A stretch of DNA of 64,000 bases, from contig NC_058368.1 of assembly GCF_018350175.1 (NCBI RefSeq), positions 187,428,001 through 187,492,000 on the forward strand, given 5' to 3'. A program made the position numbers and the translations under genes. Each line of letters opens with the position of its first letter. Position 1 is the stretch's first letter. The notes under the pieces are model-generated. The model worked only from the letters and a program-made list of their open reading frames with translations, ran no database searches and was not told the origin of the DNA. Below, piece after piece: positions 27,857 to 39,522 of this stretch. Origin of the DNA: Felis catus (taxonomy: Eukaryota).

Positions 27857-30800
27857 TCAGAATCCACATACGAGTGAAAACATATGGTATCTGTCTTTCT
27901 CTGTATGGCTTATTTCACTTAGCATCACACTCTCCAGTTCCATCCATGTTGCTACAAAGGGCCACATTTCATTCTTTCTCATTGCCACCTAGTACTCCAT
28001 TGTGTATATAAACCACAATTTCTTTATCCATTCATCAGTTGATGGATATTTATGCTCTTTCCACAATTTGGCTATTGTTGAGAGTGCTGCTATAAACATT
28101 GGGGTACAAGTGCCCCTATGCATCAGTACTCCTGTATCCCTTGGGTAAATTCCTAGCAGGGCTATTGCTGGGTCATAGGGTAGGTCTATTTTTAATTTTT
28201 TGAGGAATCTCCACACTGTTTTCCAGAGTGGCTGCACCAATTTGCATTCCCACCAACAGTGTAAGAGGGTTCCCATTTCTCCACATCCTCACCAGCATCT
28301 ATAGTCTCCTGATTTGTTCATTTTGGCCACTCTGACTGGCGTGAGGTGATATCTGAGTGTGGTTTTGATTTGTATTTCCCTGATGAGGAGTGACGTTGAG
28401 CATCTTTTCATGTGCCTGTTGGCCATCCGGATGTCTTCTTTAGAGAAGTGTCTATTCATGTTTCCTGCCCATTTCTTCACTGGGTTATTTGTTTTTCAGG
28501 TGTGGAGTTTGGTGAGCTCTTTATAGATTTTGGATACTAGCCCTTTGTCTGATATGTCATTTGCAAATATCTTTTCCCATTCCGTTGGTTGCCTTTTAGT
28601 TTTGTTGGTTGTTTCCTTTGCTGTGCAGAAGCTTTTTATCTTCATAAGGTCCCAGTAGTTCATTTTTGCTTTTAATTCCCTTGCCTTTGGGGATGTGTCA
28701 AGTAAGAGATTGCTACGGCTGAGGTCAGAGAGGTCTTTTCCTGCTTTCTCCTCTAAGGTTTTGATGGTTTCCTGTCTCACATTCAGGTCCTTTATCCATT
28801 TTGAGTTTATTTTTGTGAATGGTGTGAGAAAGTGGTCTAGTTTCATTCTTCTGCATGTTGCTGTCCAGTTCTCCCAGCACCATTTGTTAAAGAGACTGTC
28901 TTTTTTCCATTGGATGTTCTTTCCTGCTTTGTCAAAGATTAGTTGGCAATACGTTTGTGGGTCTAGTTCTGGGGTTTCTATTCTATTCCCTTGGTCTATG
29001 TGTCTGTTTTTGTGCCAATACCATGCTGTCTTGATGATGACAGCTTTGTAGTAGAGACTAAAGTCTGGGATTGTGATGCCTCCTGCTTTGGTCTTCTTCT
29101 TCAAAATTACTTTGGCTATTTGGGGCCTTTTGTGGTTCCATATGAATTTTAGGATTGCTTGTTCTAGTTTAGAGAAGAATGCTGGTGCCATTTTGATTGA
29201 GATTGCATTGAATGTGTAGATAGCTTTGGGTAGTATTGACATTTTGACAATATTTATTCTTCCAATCCATGAGCACAGAATGTTTTTCCATTTCTTTATA
29301 TCTTCTTCAATTTTCTTCATAAGCTTTCTATAGTTTTCAGCATACAGATCTTTTACATCTTTGGTTAGATTTATTCCTAGATATTTTATGCTTCTTGGTG
29401 CAATTGTGAATGGGATCAGTTTCTTTATTTGTCTTTCTGTTGCTTCATTACAAGTGTATAAGAATGCAACTGATTTCTGTACATTGATTTTGTATCCTGC
29501 AACTTTGCTGAATTCATGTATCAGTTCTAGCAGACTTTTGGTGGAGTCTATCAGATTTTCCATGTATAATATCATGTCATCTGCAAAAAGTGAAAGCTTG
29601 ACTTCATCTTTGCCAATTTTGACGCCTTTGAGTTCTTTTTGTTGTCTGATTGCTGATGCTAGCACTTCCAACTCTATGTTAACAGCAGTGAGAGTGGACA
29701 TCCCTGTCGTGTTCCTGATCTCAGGGAAAAAGCTCTCAGTTTTCCCCCATTGACGATGATGTTAGCTGTGGGCTTTTCATAAATGGCTTTTATGATGTTT
29801 CAGTATCTTCCTTCTATCCCGACTTTCTCGAGGTTTTTATTAAGAAAGGGTGCTGGATTTTGTCAAAGGCCTTTTCTGCATCGATTGACAGGATCATATG
29901 GTTCTTATCTTTTCTTTTATTAATGTGATGTATCATGTTGATTGATTTGCGAATGTTGAACCAGCCCTGCATCCCAGGAATGAATCCCACTTGATCATGG
30001 TGAATAATCCTTTTTACGTGCTGTTGAATTCGATTTGCTAGTATCTTGAAAATTTTTGCATCCAAATTCATCATGGATATTGGCCTATAGTTCTCTTTTT
30101 TTTACTGGGTCTCTGTCTGGTTTAGGAATCAAAGTAGTACTGGCTTCATAGAATGAGTCTGGAAGTTTTCCTTCCCTTTCTATTTTTTGGAATAGCTTGA
30201 GAAGGATGGGGATTATCTCTGCTTTAAACATCTGGCAGAACTCCCCTGGGAAGCCATCTGGTCCTGGACTCTTATTTGTTGGGAGATTTTTGATAACTGA
30301 TTCAATTTCTTCACTGGTTATGGGTCTGTTCAAGCTTTCTATTTCCTCTGGGTTGAGTTTTGGAAGTGTGTGGGTGTTTAGGAATTTGTCCATGTATCCC
30401 AGGTTGTCCAGTTTGTTGGCATATAATTTTTCATAGTATTCCCTGATAATTGTTTGTATCTCTGAGGGATTGGTTGTAATAATTCCATTTTCATTCATGA
30501 TTTTATCTCTTTGGGTCATCTCCATTTTCTTTTTGAGAAGCCTGGCTAGAGGTTTATCAATTTTGTTTATTTTTTCAATAAACCAACTCTTGGTTTCATT
30601 GATCGGCTCTACAGTTTTTTTGGTTCTATATTGTTTATTTCTGCTCTGATCTTTATTATTTCTCTTCTTCTGCTGGGTTTAGGCTGCCTTTGCTGTTCTG
30701 CTTCTATTTCCTTTAGGTGTGCTGTTAGATTTTGTATTTGGGATTTTTCTTGTTTCTTGAGATAGGTCTGGATTGCAATGTATTTTCCTCTCAGGACTGC

Positions 30801-31672
30801 CTTCACTGCGTCCCAAAGCGTTTGGATTGTTGTATTTTCATTTTCGTTTGTTTCCATGTATTTTTTAATTTCTTCTCTAATTGCCTGGTTGATCCACTCA
30901 TTCTTTAGTCGGGTGTTCTTTAATCTGCATGTTTTTGGAGGTTTTCCAGACTTTTTCCTGTGGTTGATTTCAAGCTTCATAGCATTGTGGTCTGAAAGTA
31001 TGCATGGTATGATTTCAATTCTTGTATACTTATGAAGGGCTGTTTTGTGACCCAGTATGTGATCTAGCTTGGAGAATGTACCATGTACACTCGAGAAGAA
31101 GGTATATTCTGTTGCTTTGGGATGCAGAGTTCTAAATATATCTGTCAAGTCCATCTGATCCAATGTATCCTTCAGGGCCCTTGTTTCTTTATTGACCATG
31201 TGTCTAGATGATCTATCCATTTCTGTAAGTGGAGTGTTAAAGTCCCCTGCAATTACCACATTCTTATCAATAAGGTTGCTTATGTTTGTGAGTAATTGTT
31301 TTATATATTTCAGGGCTCCTGGATTCGGCAGATAGACATTTATAATTGTTAGCTCTTCCTGATGGATAGACCCTGTAATTATAATATAATGCCCTTCTTC
31401 ATCTCTTGCTACAGCCTTTAATTTAAAGTCTAGTTTGTCTGGTAGAAGTATGGCTACTCCAGCTTTCTTTTGACTTCCAGTGGCATGATAAATAGTTCTC
31501 CATCCCCTCACTCTCAATCTGAAGGTGTCCTCAGGTCTAAAATGAGACTCTTGTAGACAGCAAATAGATGGGTCTTGTTTTTTATCCATTCTGATACCCT
31601 ATGTCTTTTGGTTGGCGCATTTAGTCCATTTACATTCAATGTTATTATAGAAAGATATGGGTTTAGCGTCAT
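27857..31672 (-). pseudogene. L1 ORF2 (APE endonuclease and reverse transcriptase), broken into several frames
   Basis: ITLNVNGLN, CCLQE, GDFN and SDHN endonuclease motifs; [22 protein letters not shown] cysteine-rich domain. Confidence 0.94.
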
Positions 31673-31722
31673 TGTGATGTCCATAGGTTTCATGCTTGTA
31701 GCGATGTCTCTGGTACTTTGTC

Positions 31723-32617
31723 TCACAGGATCCCCCTTAGGATCTCTTGTAGGGCTGGTTTAGTGGTGGTGAATTCCTTCAGTTTTTGTTTGTTTGGGAA
31801 GACCTTTATCTCTCCTTCTATTCTAAATGACAGACTTGCTGGATAAAGGATTCTCGGCTGCACATTTTTTTCTGTTCATCACATTGAAGATCTCCTGCCA
31901 TTCCTTTCTGGCCTGCCAAGTTTCAGTAGAGAGATCTGTCACGAGTCTTATCGGTCTCCCTTTATATGTTAGAGCACGTTTATCTCTAGCTACTTTCAGA
32001 ATTTTTCTTTATCCTTGTATTTTGCCAGTTTCACTATGATATGTCGTGCAGAAGATCAATTCAAGTTACGTCTGAAGGGAGTTCTCTGTGCCTCTTGGAT
32101 TTCAATGACTTTTTCCTTCCCCAGTTCAAGGAAGTTCTCAGCTATTATTTCTTCATGTACACCTTCAACACCTTTCCCTCTCTCTTCCTCCTCTGGAATA
32201 CCAATTATGCGTAGGTTATTTCTCTTTAGTGCATCACTTAGTTCTCTAATTTTGCCCTCATACTCCTGGATTTTTTTTATCTCTCTTTTTCTCAGCTTCC
32301 TCTTTTTCCGTAATTTTATCTTCTAGTTCACCTATTCTCTCCTCTGCCTCCTCAATCCAAGCCGTGGTCATTTCCATTTTATTTTGCAGCTCATTTATAG
32401 AATTTTTTAGCTCCTCCTGGCTGTTCCTTAGTCTCTTGATCTCTGTAGCAATCGATTCTCTGCTCTCCTCTATACTGTTTTCAAGCCCAGCGATTAATTT
32501 TATGACTATTATTCTAAATTAACTTTCTGTTATATTGCTTAAATCCTTTTTGATCAGTTCCTTAGCTGTTGTTATTTCCTGGAGATTCTTTTGAGGGGAA
32601 TTCTTCCGTTTGGTCAT
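31723..32617 (-). pseudogene. L1 ORF1, frameshifted
   Basis: Starts MTKRKNSPQKNLQE and ends PALQEILRGIL*; span of 895 nt is not a multiple of 3; 50-nt spacer to ORF2. Confidence 0.85.
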
Positions 32618-33245
32618 TTTGGATAGTCCCTGGAGTGGTGTGGAACTGCAGGGCACTTCCCCTGTGCTGTCTTGAATAACTGGAGTTGGTGGGCAGGGCT
32701 GCAGTCAGACCTGATGTCTGCCCCCATCCCACCGCTGGGGCCACAGTCAGACTGGTGTGTACCTTCTCTTCCCCTCTCCTAGGGGCAGGATTCACTGTGG
32801 GGTGGCGTGGCCCGTCTGGGCTACTTGCACACTGCCAGGCTTGTGATGCTGGGGATCTGGTGTATTAGCTGGGGTGGATAGGCAAGGTGCACAGGGGCGG
32901 GAGGGGCAGGCTTAGCTCGCTTCTCCTTTGGTGATCCGCTTCAGGAGGGGCCCTGTGACAGCGGGAGGGAGTCAGACCTGCCGCCAGAGGATGGATCCGC
33001 AGAAGCACAGCGTTAGGTGTTTGCGCAGTGCGAGCAAGTTCCCTAGCAGGAACTGGTTCCCTTTGGGATTTTGGCTGGGGGATGGGCGAGGGAGATGGCA
33101 CTGGCAAGCGCCTTTGTTCCTCGCCAAACTGAGCTCTGTCATCCCGGGGCTCAGCAACTCTCCCTCTCGTTGTCCTCCAGCCTTCCTGCTCTCCGAGCAG
33201 AGCTGTTAACTTATAACCTTTCAGATGTTAAGTCCAGCTTGCTGT

Positions 33246-33598
33246 TGAAAGGGCGGGCCTACGCCAGTCCGCTCCATCTTGTTCTGTGTCCTTCACCTAG
33301 ACCACGCCTCCTCCCTTTGAGTGACCTCCCACTCACCCATTCAAGCTTCCTGATCAAAACACGCCCCTTCCCCAGCCAATCAGCTGAAGCCACGCCCCTT
33401 CCCCAGCCAATCGGCTGCCCCTAGACCCCTATAAAACCTTTGTGCTTTTGAAACTCGCTCTCTCTCCCTGGTATCTCACCGCTGCGTCGGTGCAGGTAGG
33501 AGACTGAGCTCGAGCTAGCTCGAATAAAGGCTCTTTTGCTTTTGCATCGGACTTGGCTCCCTGGTGGTCTTTGGGGATCACGAATTCTGGGCACAACA
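33246..33598 (+). repeat. 5' LTR of the provirus
   Basis: Starts TGAAAGGG and ends CACAACA; two CCAAT boxes; TATAAAA at 33430; AATAAA at 33523; followed by the PBS. Confidence 0.96.
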
Positions 33599-33600
33599 TT

Positions 33601-33619
33601 TGGGGGCTCGTCCTGGGAT
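33601..33619 (+). promoter_or_regulatory. Primer binding site, tRNA-Pro type
   Basis: TGGGGGCTCGTCCTGGGAT matches the MLV PBS-Pro TGGGGGCTCGTCCGGGAT with one extra T; lies 2 nt after the LTR. Confidence 0.9.
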
Positions 33620-33744
33620 CCCAAGACCCCCGAGGGACCCCCGACCCAGAGAGCCTGACTGGCCACAGTTAGTGTCTGTCTGTTTGTTCTGTCTTTTCTG
33701 TGTGAGCTCATTTCTGGAATTCTGGTAGTGCCCGACGCGGTCTA

Positions 33745-33981
33745 AGTGGACGCACTGGAGCACCATGGGCCGGGAGTTTCGGAAGACGTTCCGATTCTCC
33801 CTTCTGGAGGGATGTAGAATCCCCTCAAAGGTCTGAGACGAGGCGGGTTGCTCCCGCTGGTCGGCGTGAGGCTGTCGTCTTTGGAGGGATGTGGAATCCC
33901 CTCATCGGTTTCGGAGGGACATGGAATCCCCTCATCAGTTTTGGAGGGACATGGAATCCCCTCAAAGGTCTAAGCTAGCTT
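33745..33981 (+). promoter_or_regulatory. Psi/dimerisation region: GACG-tetraloop hairpins, 30-nt tandem repeats, palindrome
   Basis: AGTG-GACG-CACT (33745-33756); TCGGAA-GACG-TTCCGA (33779-33794); repeats of GGAGGGA..TGGAATCCCCTCA; palindrome AAGCTAGCTT (33972-33981). Confidence 0.7.
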
Positions 33982-34082
33982 GCAGTTTTGCTTCCATGGA
34001 ATTGGAAGACTTTCTAGGGGCCCTCTGGTTGTCTGTTTTTGTGTTTCTCTGTTTTGTTCTGTGGACTTACTGGACGGGCGTT

Positions 34083-35683
34083 ATGGGACAGACTCAGACT
34101 GTCCCATAAGTATTCCTCTAAGTATTATGATTGATCACTTTAAGGATGTGAGGGGAAGAGCTAACAACCTCAGTGTGGAAGTCCGAAAGGGTCGGTTGCA
34201 GTTTTTTTGTTCTAGCGAGTGGCCAACTTTCAATGTTGGATGGCCACCAGAGGGGACCTTCGACCTCGCTGCCATCCACCCAGTCAGGAGTATCATCTCT
34301 CGGCCTACGACGGGTCATCTTGATCAACTCCCTTACATTATCACTTGGCAGGACCTTGTAGAAGACCCACCCTCTTGGCTTAAGCCCTTCCTAGCCCCGC
34401 TCCCTCCGGAGCCAAAACCCATTCTTGCTTTGCAGGGGACAAAGAAGAAGAAAAGTCTTATCCAGCCTTCAGCACCCCTCTACCCTGTCTTACAGGGGGG
34501 TACCGAAGAAGAATTAATTTTTCCTCCCCCGTATAACCTCTCTAGGATGCCGGAAGAACACCATCCTCCCCCTCCGGGGGAGGCAGACGCTGTTCTGAGA
34601 GCGGGAGGCGGAAACGCTCCAGTGGGAAGCCCGCCCTTTACCAGACAAAGGGCTCAGAGGGAGCAATCCGCCTCCACTGCCGACTCCACTCTTCTGCCCC
34701 TGCGAGCCACCGGACCCCCAGACGCGGAGGGGAATCAGCCCCATCACTATTGGCCTTTCGCCACTAGTGACCTCTACAATTGGAAAGCTCAGAATCCTAA
34801 GTTTTCTGAGAAACCAGCAGGGCTTATTGATTTATTAGACTGTTCTTTTTACCCATCAGCCCACGTGGGACGATTGCCAGCAGCTTTTGCAGGTCCTGTT
34901 CACAACTGAAGAAAGAGAAAGAATCCTCAATGAGGCCCGAAAACTAGTTCCAGGCGCAGACGGGAATCCCACCACCAACCAGGCTCAGATAGATGCCTTC
35001 TTCCCCTTAACTCGGCCCCAGTGGGATTTCAACATGGCAGAAGGCAAGGAGAGGCTCCAGGTCTACCGCCAGACTCTAATGGGGGGTCTCCGAATGGTTG
35101 CTAGAAAGCCAACCAATTTGGCCAAGGTAGGAAATGTACAACAGGGAAAAGATGAATCTCCGGCTGCCTTTTTAGAACGGATCATGGAGGCATTCTGTAC
35201 CTATACCCCCATGGATCCAGAGGCTCTGGAAAGCAAGGCAGCTGTTATCATGGCCTTTGTAAACCAATTGGCCATAGACATTAGGAGAAAATTACAGACT
35301 AGGAGAAAAAAGTCTTACTGGTCTTACAGGACTTACTGGTGGTAGCCAAAAAGGTATATAATAACTGGGAGCCTCCTGAGGACAAGCAGGCTCGTGCCAT
35401 GGCGGCTGCCAGCAGTAAGCAGACTCGAGACCTGGCCAGAGTACTACTAGCTGCCACTGCTGACTTCCCCGAGGAACGAGACCGCCGTCTCCAGCAGCTG
35501 GCAGACGACGCAAGAAAAGGTAAAGGAACTACCAAGGGGGGGAAGCAGAGGCTGCAGAAGGATCAGTGTGCATACTGCAAGGAGATAGGGCATTGGGCCC
35601 GAGATTGTCCAAAAAGGGCCGGCAGGAAGGGAAGCAAGACTGATCGAGTAAAAGTCCTAGAGCTAGATGAACTAAGTGATTAG
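34083..35683 (+). pseudogene. gag: Retroviral Gag (MA-p12-CA-NC), frameshifted
   Basis: MGQTQT start; CSSEWPTFNVGWP in MA; PSAP, LYPVL and PPPY late-domain motifs; [17 protein letters not shown]; zinc knuckle [14 protein letters not shown]. Frameshifts near 34105, 34840 and 35300. Confidence 0.95.
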
Positions 35684-35740
35684 GGGAGTCGGGGTTCGGA
35701 CCCTCTCCCCGAACCCAGGGTAACTCTTAAAGTGGAGGGG
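35681..35740 (+). promoter_or_regulatory. gag-pol amber readthrough signal (MLV-type pseudoknot)
   Basis: TAG, 8-nt spacer GGGAGTCG, stem 1 GGGTTCGG/CCGAACCC, stem 2 CCTCTCC/GGAGGGG; pro is in frame with gag. Confidence 0.88.
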
Positions 35741-38700
35741 ACCCCTATTGACTTCCTTGTCGACACCGGAGCACAACATTCGGTCCTCCGCACCCCACAA
35801 GGAAAACTAGCCAACAAGAAGTCCTGGGTACAAGGGGCAACTGGTATGAGCCAGTATTCATGGACTACCCGAAGAACAGTAGATTTGGGAACGGGCCGGG
35901 TATCCCACTCCTTTATGGTAATACCAGAATGCCCCTACCCACTGTTAGGACGGGATTTACTGACCAAGATTGGAGCTCAGATAACTTTCAGACAAGGGAG
36001 GCCTCAGGTCACTGATGGCAAGGGCCACCCCATCCAGGTACTGACCATGAAACTGGAGGATGAATACCTCCTCCACCAGGAGGCGCTCCCGAGAGAGGAT
36101 AATATAGACAGATGGCTACAAGAATTCCCCTCGGTTTGGGCAGAGACGGGGGGGATAGGACTAGCCGCTCACAGGACCCCAGTCCTGGTAGAGCTCAAGC
36201 CAGGAGAGAGTCCGGTAAGGATCAAACAATACCCCATGTCTCAGGAGGCCCGGAAGGGGATTCAGCTACACATCCGGAGACTACGAAGCCTAGGAGTACT
36301 AGTTCCTTGCCAGTCTGCCTGGAACACCCCCCTACTGCCGGTCAAAAAGCCTCACACAAACGACTATCGACCGGTACAAGACCTCCGGGAAGTAAATAAG
36401 AGGGTCGCGGACATACACCCAACTGTTCCCAACCCATATACTCTCTTGAGCTCCTTGGCACCCTCCAGGTTCTGGTATACTGTACTAGATTTAAAGGACG
36501 CCTTCTTCAGTCTGCCACTGGCACCCCAGAGCCAACCCTTGTTCGCCTTTGAGTGGCATGATCCGGAGGAGGGCTACAGTGGGTAACTCACCTGGACACG
36601 GCTACCTCAGGGATTCAAAAATTCACCCACCATCTTCGACGAGGCACTACACGAGGACCTGGGTGAGTACAGAAGGGAGCACCCTGGCCACACCCTCCTA
36701 CAGTATGTAGATGACATCCTGATTGCTGCTGACAGCCAAAGACTGTGAGCGAGGGACCCAGGACCTGCTGGCTACCCTGGGGGCCTTGAGGTACCGGGCA
36801 TCCACGAAGAAGGCTCAGATATGCAGGGAGAGGGTGAGTTACCTGGGATATATCCTGGAGGGCGGACAGCGGCGGTTATCAGATGCCAGAAAAGAAACTG
36901 TCCTAAAGATCCCTACTCCCACCTCCCGAAGAGAAGTGAGGGAATTCCTAGGATCAGCTGGCTACTGCCGCCTCTGGATTCCAGGTTTTGCTGAGGTTGC
37001 CAAGCCCCTATATGAAGCCACCAAAGAGGGGAAAACATTTAAATGGACTGAAAAAGAAGAAATTGCCTTTAATCAGTTAAAAAAGGCCCTCTTAAGTGCC
37101 CCAGCCCTGGGCCTACCAGACATTACGAAACCCTTCCACCTCTTTGTAGACGAACATAAGGGAATAGCAAAAGGGGTTCTAACTCAAGCCTTAGGCCCCT
37201 GGAACGGCCCAGTGGCTTACCTGTCTAAGAAACTAGACCCAGTGGCTGCCGGCTGGCCGCCATGCCTAAGAATTATTGCGGCGACAGCACTCCTAGTCAA
37301 GGATGCAGACAAACTGACCCTAGGACAGGAGATCTGGATCACGACCCCACACGCCATTGAAGGAGTCCTGAAACAGCCTCCAGATAGATAGATGAGCAAT
37401 ACACGTATGACTCATTACCAGAGCCTCCTACTCAACCCTCCACGAGTGCGGTTCCACCCCAGTGCAGCCCTCAATCCTGCAACCCTGCTGCCCGACCCTG
37501 ACCTAGGTGCTCCACTACATGACTGTGAGGGAATCCTGGAACAAGTACATGGATTCTGGACGGACCTGACCGACCGGCCCCTCCCCGATGCCGAGGCTAC
37601 TTGGTTCACTGATGGCAGCAGCTTTGTGCGAGACGGACACAGGTATGCGGGTGCAGCGGTGGTCACCGAAACAGACACCGTATGGGCGGAGGCTCTACCC
37701 TCCGGAACGTCAGCCCAGCGAGCAGAGCTCATAGCCCTCACCAAGGCGCTGATGCTGGGAGCTGGAAAATGGCTTAACATCTACACAGACAGCCGTTATG
37801 CATTTGCCACAGCTCATATTCATGGGGCAATTTATCAGGAGAGGGGGTTACTGATGGCAGAAGGACGGACTATAAAAAATAAGCAGGAGATACTTAACCT
37901 GCTTACGGCCGTATGGCTTCCTGGCAAGCTAGCCATTATCCACTGCCAAGGGCACCAAAAAGCTGATAACCCAGCAGCTAGAGGTAATCGAAAGGCTGAC
38001 CAGGCAGCCAAGGCAGTAGCCCTTACTCCAGTCCCCACCATGACCATACAACTACCAGACCCAGGAGACCCAGTTTTACCAGACCAGCCCAAGTACTCCC
38101 AGGAGGAGTTACAGGGGATCAAGAAACTCCCCATGGCCCAGGAGATAAAGGGATGGTGGTATACACCTAACAAGGAGCTCATGCTGCCAGACCAGCTCGG
38201 AGTCTCAATATTAGAGCACATGCATCGGTCTACTCACATGGGGGCCTGAAAATTAAAAGACTTAATCCGACATGCCGGAATCAAGATTCACCAACAGGAC
38301 ACCAAAATAGAGCAAGTTGTATCTGCCTGCAAGACCTGCCAACTCACCAACGCGAGAGCCACATCAAATAAAAAAGGAACCAGGCTCAGAGGCACCAGAC
38401 CGGGAGCCCAATGGGAAGTCGACTTCACTGAAGTCAAACCAGGAAAGTATGGTTATAAATATCTTTTAGTATTTACAGACACCTTCTCTGGCTGGGTGGA
38501 GGCATACCCAACCAAGCATGAAACAGCTCAGACGGTGGCTAAGAAGCTACTAGAAGACATCTTACCCAGGTATGGTTTTCCTGCCATGGTAGGATCAGAC
38601 AATGGACCAGCTTTTATCTCACAGGTAACACAGGCAGTAGCCAAGGCGGTGGGGGCAAACTGGAAATTACATTGTGCTTATAGGCCCCAGAGCTCAGGAC

Positions 38701-39275
38701 AGGTAGAAAGAATGAATAGAACCCTAAAAGAGACCCTTACCAAATTAACCATGGAGACTGACGGGGACTGGGTGACTCTCCTACCGTACGCCCTTTTCTG
38801 GGTTAGAAACACTCCTTACACTCTGGGTTTTACTCCCTACGAGATCATGTTTGGCAGGCCACCCCCTGTTATTTCCAGCCTTCGAGCTGAAGTTATTGCT
38901 GAGTTTAAAGATCAAGAACTTTTTCTTTCCTTGAGAGGGCTCCAGAGGGTGCATGAGGACATTTGGCCGCGCCTCCGTGCCATCTACGAGGCTGGCCCGA
39001 CCCCGACACCTCATCAGTACAGGCCGGAAGACTGGGTCTATGTCAAGAGGCACCACCGAGAGACCCTCGAGCCACGCTGGAAGGGACCCTACAACGTGGT
39101 GCTGACAACCCCCACCGCTCTCAAAGTAGACAGCATAGCGACCTGGGTCCATCACACCCACGTTGGGCCAGCGGACCCCTCCTCGATCCGGAAGGACTTC
39201 GTCACGCGATGGGCCATCAGTCTGGACCAACACAACCTGCTCAAGCTCAAGCTACAGCGCATTCGACCCACCTAA
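35684..39275 (+). pseudogene. pol: Retroviral Pro-Pol (protease, RT, RNase H, integrase), disrupted
   Basis: FLVDTGA protease; LDLKDAFF and YVDD (36704-36715) in RT; WFTDGSS RNase H; SDNGPAF and SSGQVERMNRTLK integrase; WKGPY. Stops at 36584, 37389 and 38247, and a frameshift near 36730. Confidence 0.96.
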
Positions 39276-39502
39276 TATTGGTAACTCTGTCAACTCTGCT
39301 TGTCATTGCTCATGCTGCCGGGAGTCCCCACGCCCCCCAGAACATCGCCTGGCAGATCATAGACACCAGCTCGGGGACAATACTTAATCAGACCTCCCAG
39401 AGCCACCCCAGGGACACATGCTTCCCAGAACTTAGCATAAAACCTCCAAACTCTGTTCCCCTTGTCACCATAAATACAGCCGGTCCCATGATTGGTCCGT
39501 AA
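39209..39502 (+). CDS. env: Truncated Env remnant ORF, 97 aa (signal peptide plus SU fragments, no TM); expression unknown
   Basis: ATG overlaps the pol end; hydrophobic LILVTLSTLLVIAHA; gammaretroviral SU-start-like SPHAPQNIAWQI...HPRDTCFPEL; stop 8 nt before the PPT. Confidence 0.75.
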   Translation: MGHQSGPTQPAQAQATAHSTHLILVTLSTLLVIAHAAGSPHAPQNIAWQIIDTSSGTILNQTSQSHPRDTCFPELSIKPPNSVPLVTINTAGPMIGP

Positions 39503-39510
39503 GCTACATG

Positions 39511-39522
39511 ACAAGGGGGGAA
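39511..39522 (+). promoter_or_regulatory. Polypurine tract
   Basis: ACAAGGGGGGAA directly before the TG of the 3' LTR. Confidence 0.9.

Noticed and set aside
33881..33972. CRISPR-like short direct repeats
   Set aside because: They are tandem units without unique spacers, inside a retroviral leader in mammalian DNA; no cas genes.
38963..39208. Upstream extension of the env-frame ORF (179 aa in the track)
   Set aside because: It starts at a non-ATG codon within integrase; the ATG at 39209 fits the usual env position and signal-peptide spacing.
37415..39233. Antisense ORFs (121-150 aa) opposite pol
   Set aside because: Expected shadow ORFs of GC-rich coding sequence; no recognisable motifs.
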